64,000 nt of DNA from an uncultured Fimbriimonadaceae bacterium (GTDB taxonomy: Bacteria; Armatimonadota; UBA10988). The notes under the pieces are model-generated. The model had not been told where the DNA came from. It did not search any database and saw nothing but the letters and a program-made list of their open reading frames with translations. The DNA lies in contig CAYONP010000005.1 in assembly GCA_964405335.1 (NCBI GenBank), positions 9,202 to 73,201 on the forward strand. The letters are read 5' to 3'. Below are positions 47,251 through 56,051 of the stretch, piece after piece; position 1 is the first letter of the stretch; every line of letters begins with the position of its first letter. Position numbers and translations under genes: made by a program.

Positions 47251-48195
47251 ATGGCGTTGCGGCTCGGGCCGGGGGAGCCTTCGATTGCGCGCGGGGCGGC
47301 GTTGCGCGAGGCGCCGCGAGTCAGCGTGGTCATCCCCACCTTCACCCACACCTGGCTCGACGACTGCCTCGACAGCATCCGCGCGCAGACCTTCGATAAC
47401 TGGGAGATCGTGCTCGTCGACGACGGCTCGCCCGAACCGGCCGCGCCGAGTCGGTCCGACGACCTGACCCTCGTCCGGCAGGAGAACACCCGACCCGGCG
47501 GGGCGCGGAACCGCGGCGTCTCGCTCGCCCGCGGTGAGTGGATTGCCTTCCTCGACAGCGACGACCGCTGGCGGCCCGAAAAGCTCGAGCGCCAGCTCGC
47601 CTTCCACGAGGCGCATCCGCGCTGCCTGCTATCGACCACCGAAACCTGCTACCTGACGCCCGACGGGCTGGTCGAGAAGGAGTCGCTGCAGCGTTCGCGG
47701 CTGACCCCCGGCATCGTGCCCTACGGCGAGCTGTTCTACGAGAACTTCATCGCCTGCAGCGCGGCGATGGTGCAGCGCGAGGCCTATCTCGCCGTCGGCG
47801 GCATGGCCGTCGGCCGCTGGTGCGAAGAGGTCGACGCCTGGCTCCGGGTGGGCCTGCTGGGCGAGGTCGGTTACCTCGGCGACATCCTGGTCGAGCGGCG
47901 GCATCACGCGGCGAGTTGGACCCGCGTGACCTCGACCGACGGCAAGCTGCTGGCCGACGAGGAGAGCTGCTACGAGGAGTTCTTCGCCGAGCACCCCGAG
48001 CAGAGGGCCAAACCGTATGCGCGGCGGGCGATGTCGCGGCTGCGCCTGCACCGCTGCTTCGCCCACCTGCGCGCGGGCGACCGCGCCGCGGCGCGGCGGG
48101 CGAGCCTCGAGGCGATCCGCTTCGATCCCACGCACCGCCGCGCCTGGGCCGCCTGGTGGAAGTCTATTCGGCCGCGACCGCCGGCCCGTTCATAA
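47251..48195 (+). CDS. family 2 glycosyltransferase (GT-A fold)
   Basis: Start at internal Met MALRLG… The upstream 121 aa are junk. VSVVIPTFTHTWLDDCLDSIRAQTF…EIVLVDDGS…FLDSDD (DxD) are classic GT2. Confidence 0.7.
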   Translation: MALRLGPGEPSIARGAALREAPRVSVVIPTFTHTWLDDCLDSIRAQTFDNWEIVLVDDGSPEPAAPSRSDDLTLVRQENTRPGGARNRGVSLARGEWIAFLDSDDRWRPEKLERQLAFHEAHPRCLLSTTETCYLTPDGLVEKESLQRSRLTPGIVPYGELFYENFIACSAAMVQREAYLAVGGMAVGRWCEEVDAWLRVGLLGEVGYLGDILVERRHHAASWTRVTSTDGKLLADEESCYEEFFAEHPEQRAKPYARRAMSRLRLHRCFAHLRAGDRAAARRASLEAIRFDPTHRRAWAAWWKSIRPRPPARS

Positions 48196-49531
48196 CCGGT
48201 GGCGGGTACATCTGCCCGGTGCTGCCGTTGAGCCAGGCGACCAGATAGCTGCGCGGCGCGGTGGGTGACCAGGCGTTCATGTGCCGCGCCGGGCCGATGT
48301 GGTTGCCCGCGACGGCGGTGTTGCGGGCCACCGGCTCGGTCTCGAAGAAGATCGCCAGCCGCCGGCGGTTGACCAGCTCGTGCAGGTTCTTCCCGGCCAG
48401 CTCGGCGTTGATGGCGAAGGTGATCTGACCCTCCTCGACCTCGACACCCGGTGTGACCAGCAGCTCGCCGCCGTCGGCCGCGCGCGGCTCGAGCAGCGGC
48501 TCGAGCTCGTCGCACCAGGTCGCCGCCTCGGGCAACAGGCCGTCGTTCTGCTCGGCATACTTGAGCAGCGCGGCGACCAGCGCGGCGAGCCGCGATTGGG
48601 TCGCCTCGAGCCGGTCGTTGGCCGCCCAGACATCCTCATAGCTCATGCCGCCGGGGATCTGGAACGTGTTCTCGGCGGTGGTGGCAACCACGTTGACGTC
48701 GCCGTAGCGCGGTTCCATGGCCGCCAGTTCGTCGGGGAAGAAGATCTGGTTGGGCTCGTTGCCGCCCACGTCGGCGAGCAGGACGGTGCGCTGCCGGACC
48801 TGCCAATCGTCGCCCGGGCCCTGTTCGGCCAACTCGGCGTTCATCGCGAAGCTGTAGGTCTCGTCGGGCTTGATGGGTGAGCCGAACGGCCGCTCGCCCT
48901 CGACATAGGGCCGGATCGCGTCGCACCACTCGTCGGGCTCGGGGTAGACGCCGTCGTGCTCCTCGGCGTAGGCGTTGAGCGCGCTGGCCAAGGTCCTGAG
49001 CTGGTTCTCGACCTCGTACGGCGCCATGCGGCCCTCGACCATGGCCGCCTGCTCGGGCATGTTGGCCATCATCTCGGCCTGGCGGATCATCATGCTCCGC
49101 CCCTCGCCGACGGTGGCGTTGAGACTGGCGCGGAGATCGACTCGCCAGGTGCCGTCGTCCTGCCGGGCGAGGATGAGCACCAGCGGGCGAGCCAACTGGA
49201 AGCTGAGTTCGAGCCGTCCGTCGGCGGCCGTCGCCTCGCCGAGTTCGATCGGCGCATCCGGCGTGGTCGGCAGGATGGCCAGCTCGGTCATCACATCCCA
49301 CGGGTTCATGCCGCCCGCGGCCTCGGCGCTGAACTGGCCGCGCATCATGCGCACCATGTTCAAGATGGGCGGGTCGTTGGCGAGGAGCGGCAGCGCGGCG
49401 TCCAGGTCGCCCGCGCGGACCGCGGCGAGGTAGGCCTGCGCGACGGCGTTCTGGTCGGTCAGGTCGACCGCCGGCCGCTCGCCGGCGCGCAGCGGCAGCG
49501 CGAGGATGATGAGCAGGGCGAGCTTCGGCAT
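48164..49531 (-). CDS. secreted hypothetical protein with two pseudopilin-core-like repeats
   Basis: Start at internal Met MPKLALLIILALPLRAGE (signal peptide, GGAG RBS). The upstream 79 aa are junk. Internal repeats LRTLASALNAYAEEHDGVYPEPDEWCDAIRPY and LAALVAALLKYAEQNDGLLPEAATWCDELEPL. The start coordinate is derived from the ORF-table frame. Confidence 0.5.
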   Translation of the reverse strand: MPKLALLIILALPLRAGERPAVDLTDQNAVAQAYLAAVRAGDLDAALPLLANDPPILNMVRMMRGQFSAEAAGGMNPWDVMTELAILPTTPDAPIELGEATAADGRLELSFQLARPLVLILARQDDGTWRVDLRASLNATVGEGRSMMIRQAEMMANMPEQAAMVEGRMAPYEVENQLRTLASALNAYAEEHDGVYPEPDEWCDAIRPYVEGERPFGSPIKPDETYSFAMNAELAEQGPGDDWQVRQRTVLLADVGGNEPNQIFFPDELAAMEPRYGDVNVVATTAENTFQIPGGMSYEDVWAANDRLEATQSRLAALVAALLKYAEQNDGLLPEAATWCDELEPLLEPRAADGGELLVTPGVEVEEGQITFAINAELAGKNLHELVNRRRLAIFFETEPVARNTAVAGNHIGPARHMNAWSPTAPRSYLVAWLNGSTGQMYPPPVMNGPAVAAE

Positions 49532-49643
49532 GGGGCGCTCCTGAGCAGTAACAGCCTGGTGCAACGGCGGCACCTGCAGCAACCGGCCTGGCGCGGCGAG
49601 GTTCACATCGCCTGCGCCCGGCCGCCGGTTCCCGCGGAAGGAC

Positions 49644-50384
49644 TTGGCGCCGCCGGGTGGTAGCCACGCTCGACGGGAGGTGCGCTTGGCCCGGCTGTTC
49701 GACTGGTTCTTGCGCGGCGGACCGCTGATGTGGCTGCTGCTGGCCGCCTCCATCGCGGCGGTGGCCACCGCGGTCGAGCGCTGGCTCTGCTACCGCGCCG
49801 CCCTGCGCCGGCCTGAGGCGCTGCCGGCCGCCCTGCTCCGCGGCTGGCACAGCGCCGGTGCCGCCGGTCTCGCCGGCGCCGCGCAGCCGCACGGCAGCGC
49901 CGCGGTGGCCCTGGCGCGGACCGCCGCCGAAGTGGCCGAGCTCGACGCCGACCTGGCCGCCGACCGGCTGAGCTGCACGGCGGAGGCTCAGCTTGCGCGG
50001 CTGGCCGGCCCGCTGCGGTTGCTCGAGGCGATCTGCGTCGGCGGGCCGTTGCTCGGTCTGCTGGGCACGGTGATCGGCTGGTCGGGCGTGCTCGAGGCCG
50101 CCGCACGGCGGGGCTCGGCCGAGCTGAGCGCCATCGGCGGCGATATGTCGCGGGCGCTGATCACCACCGTCTTCGGCCTCATGGTCGGCCTCGAGGCGTG
50201 GCTGCTGGGGCAGATTCTGCAGGCCCGCTACGAGCGGCTCAAGGTGCCGATCCAGGCGCTGGTGCCGAGGCTCCTGACCATCCTGCGCGGGCAGGGCGAG
50301 GCACCGCCCGAGCCACCACCAGCCACCGAGCCGGCGCCGCCGGAGCCCGAGCCGCAGCCCGAGCCGGCAGAGGAGTACACATGA
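49644..50384 (+). CDS. exbB: MotA/TolQ/ExbB-family proton channel
   Basis: LFDWFLRGGPLMWLLLAASIAAVATAVERWL, then GPLLGLLGTVIGW and GGDMSRALITTVFGLMVGL, the canonical ExbB/TolQ helices. A TTG start at 49689 with GGGAGG RBS 5 nt upstream is an alternative. Confidence 0.7.
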   Translation: MAPPGGSHARREVRLARLFDWFLRGGPLMWLLLAASIAAVATAVERWLCYRAALRRPEALPAALLRGWHSAGAAGLAGAAQPHGSAAVALARTAAEVAELDADLAADRLSCTAEAQLARLAGPLRLLEAICVGGPLLGLLGTVIGWSGVLEAAARRGSAELSAIGGDMSRALITTVFGLMVGLEAWLLGQILQARYERLKVPIQALVPRLLTILRGQGEAPPEPPPATEPAPPEPEPQPEPAEEYT

Positions 50385-50767
50385 GGCGCGCCGGCCTGGC
50401 CGCGGTGCTGGTCGCGACGGCCGATCTGGCGCTGCTCGGCTCGCTCTTCGCCATGGCCACCGCCGTCGCCGCCGAGCAGGCCGGCAGCGAGGTCTTCCTC
50501 GCCGCGCCCGAGGCGGCCGAGGCCGGCCTGCCGCCACGGGCGGTGATTGTCGACGTTGCCGCCGACCGTAGCTACCGGCTCGGCCCGCAACGCCTGCCGC
50601 GGGCGGCGCTGGCGCAGGCGATCCGCGCGCCGCTGGCCGGCCTGCCCGAGCCGATAGTCGCCGTCCGGCCGGCGCCGGGCGCCGACTGGGACGACATCGC
50701 CCACCTGCTCCGTGTCGCGCGTGAGGCCGGCGCGACCCGCGTCGAACTGCTCGGATCGGCGCCGTGA
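50381..50767 (+). CDS. exbD: ExbD/TolR-family biopolymer transport protein
   Basis: ATGA overlap with exbB. Single TM MRRAGLAAVLVATADLALLGSLFAMATAVAA then a periplasmic domain (VIVDVAADRSYRLG…IVAVRPAPGADWDDIAHLLRVAREAG). Confidence 0.6.
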   Translation: MRRAGLAAVLVATADLALLGSLFAMATAVAAEQAGSEVFLAAPEAAEAGLPPRAVIVDVAADRSYRLGPQRLPRAALAQAIRAPLAGLPEPIVAVRPAPGADWDDIAHLLRVAREAGATRVELLGSAP

Positions 50768-51459
50768 GCCGCGCCGGCGGCTGGCTGGCGGTCCCTGCCG
50801 CCCTCGCCCTCCATGCGGCGGCGCTGGCCTTTGTACGGCTGCCGGCGCCGCAAGATCCGGTCCTTTACCGCGCGGTGCCGGTCACCGGTCCGCGGCTGAC
50901 CTTCTGGCCGACGGCACCACGGTTTGTCCCGGCCGATGTGACCGTCCCGCCGTCGCCGCCGGCCGAGCGGCGGATTGAGATCCAGCGTCGGCGCGAGATC
51001 CACCCGGCGCCGCCGCGGCCGCCACAGCCGCCCGTCATGCGCGAGCCACTACTGCCGCCGCTCTGGCGCGGCGAGTGGGAGCTGGCCCCACCACTGCCAC
51101 CGCTGCTGGCCGCGCTGGCCGCTGCCGAGCAGGCGCCGCGAGCGACCGTCGATGGCGTGGCGCTCGGTCTGCCGGCGAGCGCCGATGACGAGGCGGCGAT
51201 GCTGGTCGACCCGCCGGCGGTGCTGGCCGGCCTGGGCGATGCGCCGCCGGAGACGGGCGAGTGGCGTTGGTTGCCGGCGGACGTGTCGCTCTCGCCCGGG
51301 GTGGCGGCCTGGCTGGCCGAGAGCGGCTCGCAGGTGTGGCGCGGCGAGCGCGACGGCGAGTCGGTGCTCTATCTCCCGCTGGCGGCGCGAGCGGGTTGGG
51401 AGGCTCGACGGCCGGAGTCGCTGGCGCTGTGGCAGAGTCTGGTGAGGAGTGCCCGATGA
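50764..51459 (+). CDS. TonB-like protein (N-terminal TM, Pro-rich spacer), tentative
   Basis: GTGA overlap with exbD. The TM (WLAVPAALALHAAALAF) precedes a Pro-rich spacer (PPSPPAERR…PAPPRPPQPPVMREPLLPPLW). The C-terminal domain is diverged. Confidence 0.4.
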   Translation: MSRAGGWLAVPAALALHAAALAFVRLPAPQDPVLYRAVPVTGPRLTFWPTAPRFVPADVTVPPSPPAERRIEIQRRREIHPAPPRPPQPPVMREPLLPPLWRGEWELAPPLPPLLAALAAAEQAPRATVDGVALGLPASADDEAAMLVDPPAVLAGLGDAPPETGEWRWLPADVSLSPGVAAWLAESGSQVWRGERDGESVLYLPLAARAGWEARRPESLALWQSLVRSAR

Positions 51460-51767
51460 TTGTGGTAGCGAACCGGATCCCGGTGGCCGAGGGCCATGAG
51501 CAGGCGTTCGAGGAGCGGTTCCGCCGGCGGGCCGGGATGATCGACGAGAGCCCTGGGTTCATCCGCAACCTGGTGTTGCGGCCCGAGCAGGGCGACTGCT
51601 ACGTGGTGATGACCTTCTGGGCCGATGAGGCGAGCTTCCGCGCCTGGTGCGACAGCGACTCGTTCCGCGCCGCCCATGCCGACCGGCCGCCGAAGGAGAT
51701 GTTCCGCGGCCCGAGCCAGCTTGAGATTCTGAGCGTGGTGACGGATACTGGTGACAGAGGGGAATAG
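51456..51767 (+). CDS. antibiotic-biosynthesis-monooxygenase (ABM) domain protein, HmoA/IsdG-like
   Basis: ATGA overlap with the upstream gene. MIVVANRIPVAEGHEQAFEERFRRRAGMIDESPGFIRNLVLRP…YVVMTFWADEASFRAWCDSDSFRAAH matches the ABM ferredoxin-like fold. Confidence 0.65.
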   Translation: MIVVANRIPVAEGHEQAFEERFRRRAGMIDESPGFIRNLVLRPEQGDCYVVMTFWADEASFRAWCDSDSFRAAHADRPPKEMFRGPSQLEILSVVTDTGDRGE

Positions 51768-51843
51768 ACCGAGCATGGATCCGTTGGCGGCCGGGCGGCG
51801 TCTGATGATCGGAGCCGGTCACCGCGGGCCGGTGGAGTCTTGG

Positions 51844-52953
51844 ATGCGTCGCAGTTTGGCAGGGATGTTGGCCTTGCTCGCCATGTCAGCCGCGCCGGCG
51901 GCGGCACAGCTCGTCGAGGGCCGCGACTTCTTGATGGTCCCGCCGGCCGACACCTGGGCCGCCGAGCGCTGGCCGGTGGTGGTCGCGCTGGCTGGGCCCG
52001 AGCACGAGTTGCAGGCGGTGGCCGACCAGTTCAAGCCGCTGACGGTCATGCGCGGCGCGCTGCTGGTGGTGCTCTCGATGACCGACAACGACACCGCCCG
52101 GCTGCAGCAGGTGGTCAACCACGCGTTTCGCACGCATCCGGCGCAGCCGAACTCGACGGTGCTCGTCGGCGAGGGGCCGATGGCGCTGTTCTGCCGCGAC
52201 GAGACACTCCGCCGGCGCGAGGACGTGGCCGGCTTCATCGGCATCAACACGCCGATGGCGATGACCCCCGTCGCCGCGCCGGGCCCGCCGCAGAAGGCGG
52301 TGCTGCTGGTCAGCGACGCGACCTACCGCGACACCGGCATCCGGCTGCGCGACGAGCTGCGCCGCCAGGGCCTGCAGGCGGCCACGCGCGAGGTGCCGGC
52401 GGCCGAGCTGATGTATCACGTGTCGACCGCGCTGACCCAGATTCTGCCCCCCACCCCACCGCGCTTCCGGCTGCATGATGTGCTGACCGACAGCTACCTG
52501 ACCGCGCTGCCTGGCTGGCAGTTCGACCGTGCCGACGGAATGCTCGCCATCGCCCGGCCGGTCAACGCGACGACCGGTCCGGTGGTGCAAATCTTCAGCG
52601 GCACGCTGGGCGAGCAGACGTTCGAAGGCTACATGCAGGAAGCGCGCCAGTTCTTGGCCCAGGACGAGATCGAGATCCTCAACGAGGAGACGCTCAACGA
52701 GGCCCAGGACGGCACCACCGCGTTGGCCTTCCACTTCGTCGATCGACGCGCCGAAATCGAGTACGCCGTCTACTGGATCCAGGTCGGCCACGACCGGCGC
52801 CTGGTCTCGTTCCGCTCGATGGCCAAGCAGGGCGAACTCGAACCGTACCTGCCGCTGGTTCGCCAGCTCGCGCTGGCCACCACCTTCGACAAGCCGCCCG
52901 AGGGACCGGTGGTCGAGCCTGGTGCTCAGGCCCGGCCGCACGAGCCGGAGTAG
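51844..52953 (+). CDS. secreted hypothetical protein, possibly alpha/beta-hydrolase-like N-terminal domain
   Basis: Signal peptide MRRSLAGMLALLAMSAAPAAAQ. Alternative starts exist at 51751 and 51775. WPVVVALAGPEHE…LLVVLSMTD resembles an esterase core. Weak. Confidence 0.4.
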   Translation: MRRSLAGMLALLAMSAAPAAAQLVEGRDFLMVPPADTWAAERWPVVVALAGPEHELQAVADQFKPLTVMRGALLVVLSMTDNDTARLQQVVNHAFRTHPAQPNSTVLVGEGPMALFCRDETLRRREDVAGFIGINTPMAMTPVAAPGPPQKAVLLVSDATYRDTGIRLRDELRRQGLQAATREVPAAELMYHVSTALTQILPPTPPRFRLHDVLTDSYLTALPGWQFDRADGMLAIARPVNATTGPVVQIFSGTLGEQTFEGYMQEARQFLAQDEIEILNEETLNEAQDGTTALAFHFVDRRAEIEYAVYWIQVGHDRRLVSFRSMAKQGELEPYLPLVRQLALATTFDKPPEGPVVEPGAQARPHEPE

Positions 52954-53990
52954 GCTTCAAGCACTCGGCGGTAGACCGCCACCGTCGCCTCGGCCATGCC
53001 CGGCCACGTCCGCTGCTGCGCCCGCGCCAGGCCCTGGATCATGCGTCTCCGCCGAACCGCCTCGTCAGTGACCAGCGCCGCCAGCGCCGCGACCTGAGCA
53101 GCAGCGTCGCCGAGCGTCACCGCCGGACCGCCGATCTCGGCCAGGAGCGCGTCGGCCGGTCCGACCGCCGGTGTGCCGCAGGCCATCGACTCGAGCAGCG
53201 CCAGCGCGGTCGGCTCGCCCGACGCGCCGAGAATGATCGCCCGCGCCGCGCTGAGCACCGCCGGGCCGAGCTGCGACTCGAGCTCGCGAATCGCCCGGAT
53301 GCCGGCCGGCGCGTCGCCCTCGATGACCAGCTCCAGGTCGAGCCCATGCTCTTTGCGCGCCCGCTCCCAGACCGCCGTCACGGCCTCGGCGCCACCGGCC
53401 CTCGCGCGGCCGAGGACGAACCGCTCGGGTAGCTCGACCAGCCGCAGCGCCGCCGTCTGCACCGACTCGCACTGCGGGCGGTAGGCCGGCTCGACCCCGT
53501 AGGGGGTGACGACCACTTCATTGACACCCAGGCGATCGCGCAGCTCGGCCGCGGTCGTCTCGGAACAGGTGATCACCGCCGCGGCGCGACCGATCTGCCT
53601 CGGCAGCAGGTGCCGCCAGGCCCAGGCGACGGTGCGCGGGTAGGCCTCCGGGCGATCGATCGGCCCCAGGTGTCGCAGGGTGGTGACCACGGGAATCGGC
53701 GAGGCGACCGGCAGCGTGCCCTGGACGTGGAGCAGCCGGCAGCCGGCGCGCTGGGCCGCCGGCGCCAGGGCGCTCGGCTTCCACAGCGATGGGTGGGCGC
53801 GGAGCTGTGAGACGGCTATCTGGTCGGAGCGTGGGATCAGCTCGACCGCGGGCTCGCGGTCGACGAACAGGTGAAAGCCGAACTCGGGTTTGAGGTAGGC
53901 CAGGGCATGGACCAGGTGGAGGGTGTAGGCGTGGGCGTCACTCCCCGGGTCGCACAGCGGGCGGGCGTCGATGCCGATGGTCACGGGCAT
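52926..53990 (-). CDS. family 4 glycosyltransferase (GT-B)
   Basis: The C-terminal half contains E-x7-E-like LESMACGTPAV. The N-terminal half carries the GT-B acceptor domain. It overlaps the convergent upstream gene end by 28 nt. Confidence 0.7.
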   Translation of the reverse strand: MPVTIGIDARPLCDPGSDAHAYTLHLVHALAYLKPEFGFHLFVDREPAVELIPRSDQIAVSQLRAHPSLWKPSALAPAAQRAGCRLLHVQGTLPVASPIPVVTTLRHLGPIDRPEAYPRTVAWAWRHLLPRQIGRAAAVITCSETTAAELRDRLGVNEVVVTPYGVEPAYRPQCESVQTAALRLVELPERFVLGRARAGGAEAVTAVWERARKEHGLDLELVIEGDAPAGIRAIRELESQLGPAVLSAARAIILGASGEPTALALLESMACGTPAVGPADALLAEIGGPAVTLGDAAAQVAALAALVTDEAVRRRRMIQGLARAQQRTWPGMAEATVAVYRRVLEAYSGSCGRA

Positions 53991-53993
53991 ACG

Positions 53994-55112
53994 TCACTCA
54001 GGCACCTCGACAGTATACACGTGACTCCAGCCCCCGCCGTTGTCGCTGGTGTAGATCACCCGCCGCCCGTCCGGGCTGAAGCTGGGGTGCGGGTGCGTCC
54101 ACTGCGGGCCGTAAACCCCCTCCGGCATCGCCGGCGTTGGGGCTGGGTCGCTCGCCGGGTCGTCGCCGCGGATGATGCTGGTGTCGATGCCCGCGCCGGC
54201 CGCCGGCACGGTCAGCGCCCACTGCCTGCCCTGCGCGCTGGCGTTCGGCTGGCAGAGCCGCCGCGCCGCGCCGGTGATCGGGTCGAGCAGAAACAGCCCG
54301 CGGCTCGGGCGCGCCGTGTCGCAGACAATCGACCGGCCGTCGCGCCGGCCGCAGGCGTGCCAGGCGGCGAACTCGGCCACCGTGCGGACGGCGCCCGAGT
54401 CGGGATCGATCGCCCGCAGCGCCCGCGGCCAGTGGGTGAAGATCACCTCGTCGCCGGCGCCAAGCCACGATTCGTGGACAATCCACTCGTCCGTCGTCTG
54501 CTCATAGAGCGGCCGCAGGCCGGATCCGTCGGCCCGCACCAGCCACATCCGTTGCGTCGGCGGGCCGCTGAACAGCAGTGTCTCCGGGTCGCACGGCCGG
54601 AACTGCAGGTGGCCGACCTCGTCGCAGCGGAGCACGGCGTCGGCGCCCGAGCCGTCGCAGCAGACGAGGGCCAGCTCGCCGTAGCCGTCGTAGCGGCAGC
54701 CGACGGCGATCCGCCGGCCGGCCGGATCGAGACTGCAGTTGCCCAGCCGCGCGCCGGCGAAGCGGGCCAGCGGCGCCACCTCGAGCGTCTCGGCATCAAT
54801 CCGCAGCACCTGTTCGCCGGCGGTGGCATAGAGCGCGCTGCCGTCGGGCGCGACGGCGGGCGAGAAGGGGTTCAGGTCGACCCGCGCGGTGACCTGCATC
54901 AGCGCGCCGTCAGCCTCGTCGCAGGCCAACAGGTTGGGGTAGCCGTCGCGGTAGCAGATCAGGTAGAACCGCCCGCCGGCGGCCGGCCACGAGCTGTTGG
55001 TGAAGTAAAGCTGATGATGCATCGCCGGCGCGGCGGTCCAGCGAGTCACCCGCGCGCCGGTGGCCACGTCGCGGAAGGTCCGGCGCTCAGGACGCAGGCG
55101 CACGCCGATCAC
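53994..55112 (-). CDS. oligogalacturonide-lyase-like / TolB-type beta-propeller protein
   Basis: N-terminus RTFRDVATGARVTRWTAAPAMHHQLYFTNSSW parallels the Ogl N-terminus (TFDTYQDAATGVKVTRLT…YFY). C-terminus HPHPSFSPDGRRVIYTSD is the Ogl/TolB propeller motif. The GTG start overlaps the TGA of the upstream gene (GTGA). A start at 55103 is an alternative. Confidence 0.55.
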   Translation of the reverse strand: MIGVRLRPERRTFRDVATGARVTRWTAAPAMHHQLYFTNSSWPAAGGRFYLICYRDGYPNLLACDEADGALMQVTARVDLNPFSPAVAPDGSALYATAGEQVLRIDAETLEVAPLARFAGARLGNCSLDPAGRRIAVGCRYDGYGELALVCCDGSGADAVLRCDEVGHLQFRPCDPETLLFSGPPTQRMWLVRADGSGLRPLYEQTTDEWIVHESWLGAGDEVIFTHWPRALRAIDPDSGAVRTVAEFAAWHACGRRDGRSIVCDTARPSRGLFLLDPITGAARRLCQPNASAQGRQWALTVPAAGAGIDTSIIRGDDPASDPAPTPAMPEGVYGPQWTHPHPSFSPDGRRVIYTSDNGGGWSHVYTVEVPE

Positions 55113-55951
55113 GCCGCGCCCCGCAAGCACTCGAAGGCGTGGCGAGCGCTGGCGGCCCAGGTCTCGGTCAGCGGCCGAGTCGGCGCGTCGTCGGGAAAGG
55201 CCGGCTCGAACACCGCCGCACCGTCGAACCCGGCGGCGAGCAGCGCCGCACCAATCTTCGCCTGGTCGTCGATGCCCTCGTCGAGCCCCTCGCTCCACTC
55301 CTGAGCCGCGCGCCGGTTGCGCAGGTGGCAGAGCGTGATCCGGTCGCCCCAGCGGCGGATCACCTCGAGCGGGTCGCCGCCGCCCCAGGCGAGCCAGGCC
55401 AGGTCGGGGCCGAAGGCCAGCTCGTCGGGCTGCAGGCGCGACAGCGTCTCGCGCACCTCGCAGTAGTCGTCGGCCGCGTCGGGCGCGTAGGTGTGCAGGT
55501 TGGGTGTAATGCCGTGCCGGCGGGCCATCCGGGCCACCGCGCGCAGCGTCTCGGCCTGGGCGTCCCAGTCCGCGGCGGTCTTGGCCCGGCCGGTCGGCGG
55601 CGGCACGCACGAGAGGCCGAGGTGCCGGCCGCCGAGCGGCGCCATCTGCCGACAGATGTGCTCGAGGTAGTCGACCTGCTGCTCGCGCTGGGCCGGGTCC
55701 CAGAAGGGCGCGTTGTGGCTGGCGCCGAGCAACTCGATTGGCCCCGTGCGCAGCGCCTGGCGGTGCAGCGCCACCGCCTCGTCGGTCTCGAGCAGGTTGG
55801 CCATGCTCTCGAAGCCCTCGAAGCCGGCCTGGGCCACGTCGCGGACAATCGTGCCGAGCCGGCGCAGCACCGCCTCGCAGGCCACGGCGAGGCTCGGCGT
55901 CTCGCGCAGCTCGAGCTGAACATAGACCCAGGGATGGAAACCAACCACCAT
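55109..55951 (-). CDS. sugar phosphate isomerase/epimerase (xylose-isomerase-like TIM barrel)
   Basis: Start at internal Met MVVGFHPWVYVQ with GGAGAGG RBS. AQAGFEGFESM and the metal-binding His/Asp/Glu pattern. The upstream 69 aa are junk. Confidence 0.65.
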   Translation of the reverse strand: MVVGFHPWVYVQLELRETPSLAVACEAVLRRLGTIVRDVAQAGFEGFESMANLLETDEAVALHRQALRTGPIELLGASHNAPFWDPAQREQQVDYLEHICRQMAPLGGRHLGLSCVPPPTGRAKTAADWDAQAETLRAVARMARRHGITPNLHTYAPDAADDYCEVRETLSRLQPDELAFGPDLAWLAWGGGDPLEVIRRWGDRITLCHLRNRRAAQEWSEGLDEGIDDQAKIGAALLAAGFDGAAVFEPAFPDDAPTRPLTETWAASARHAFECLRGAA

Positions 55952-56051
55952 GCCGCCTCTCCGCCCGCCGATTCGCGGCCCGACGGCGCGGCCCTTCCGC
56001 AGGGGCAGCCGGCCGCCTGCCGAACGACCGGGCATGCCGCCGGAGGCGACC

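Noticed and set aside
48164-49531. 1-nt frame inconsistency noticed while hand-mapping the MPKLALL start against the printed sequence lines
   Set aside because: It is most likely a line-counting artefact on my side. I used the ORF-table frame arithmetic (start = 49768 minus 79 codons) as authoritative rather than proposing a frameshift.
48636-50537. 633-aa minus-strand ORF spanning the divergent region and exbB
   Set aside because: Pro/Arg/Ala-rich junk crossing an intergenic promoter region. It is incompatible with the well-supported exbB and 48164..49531 genes.
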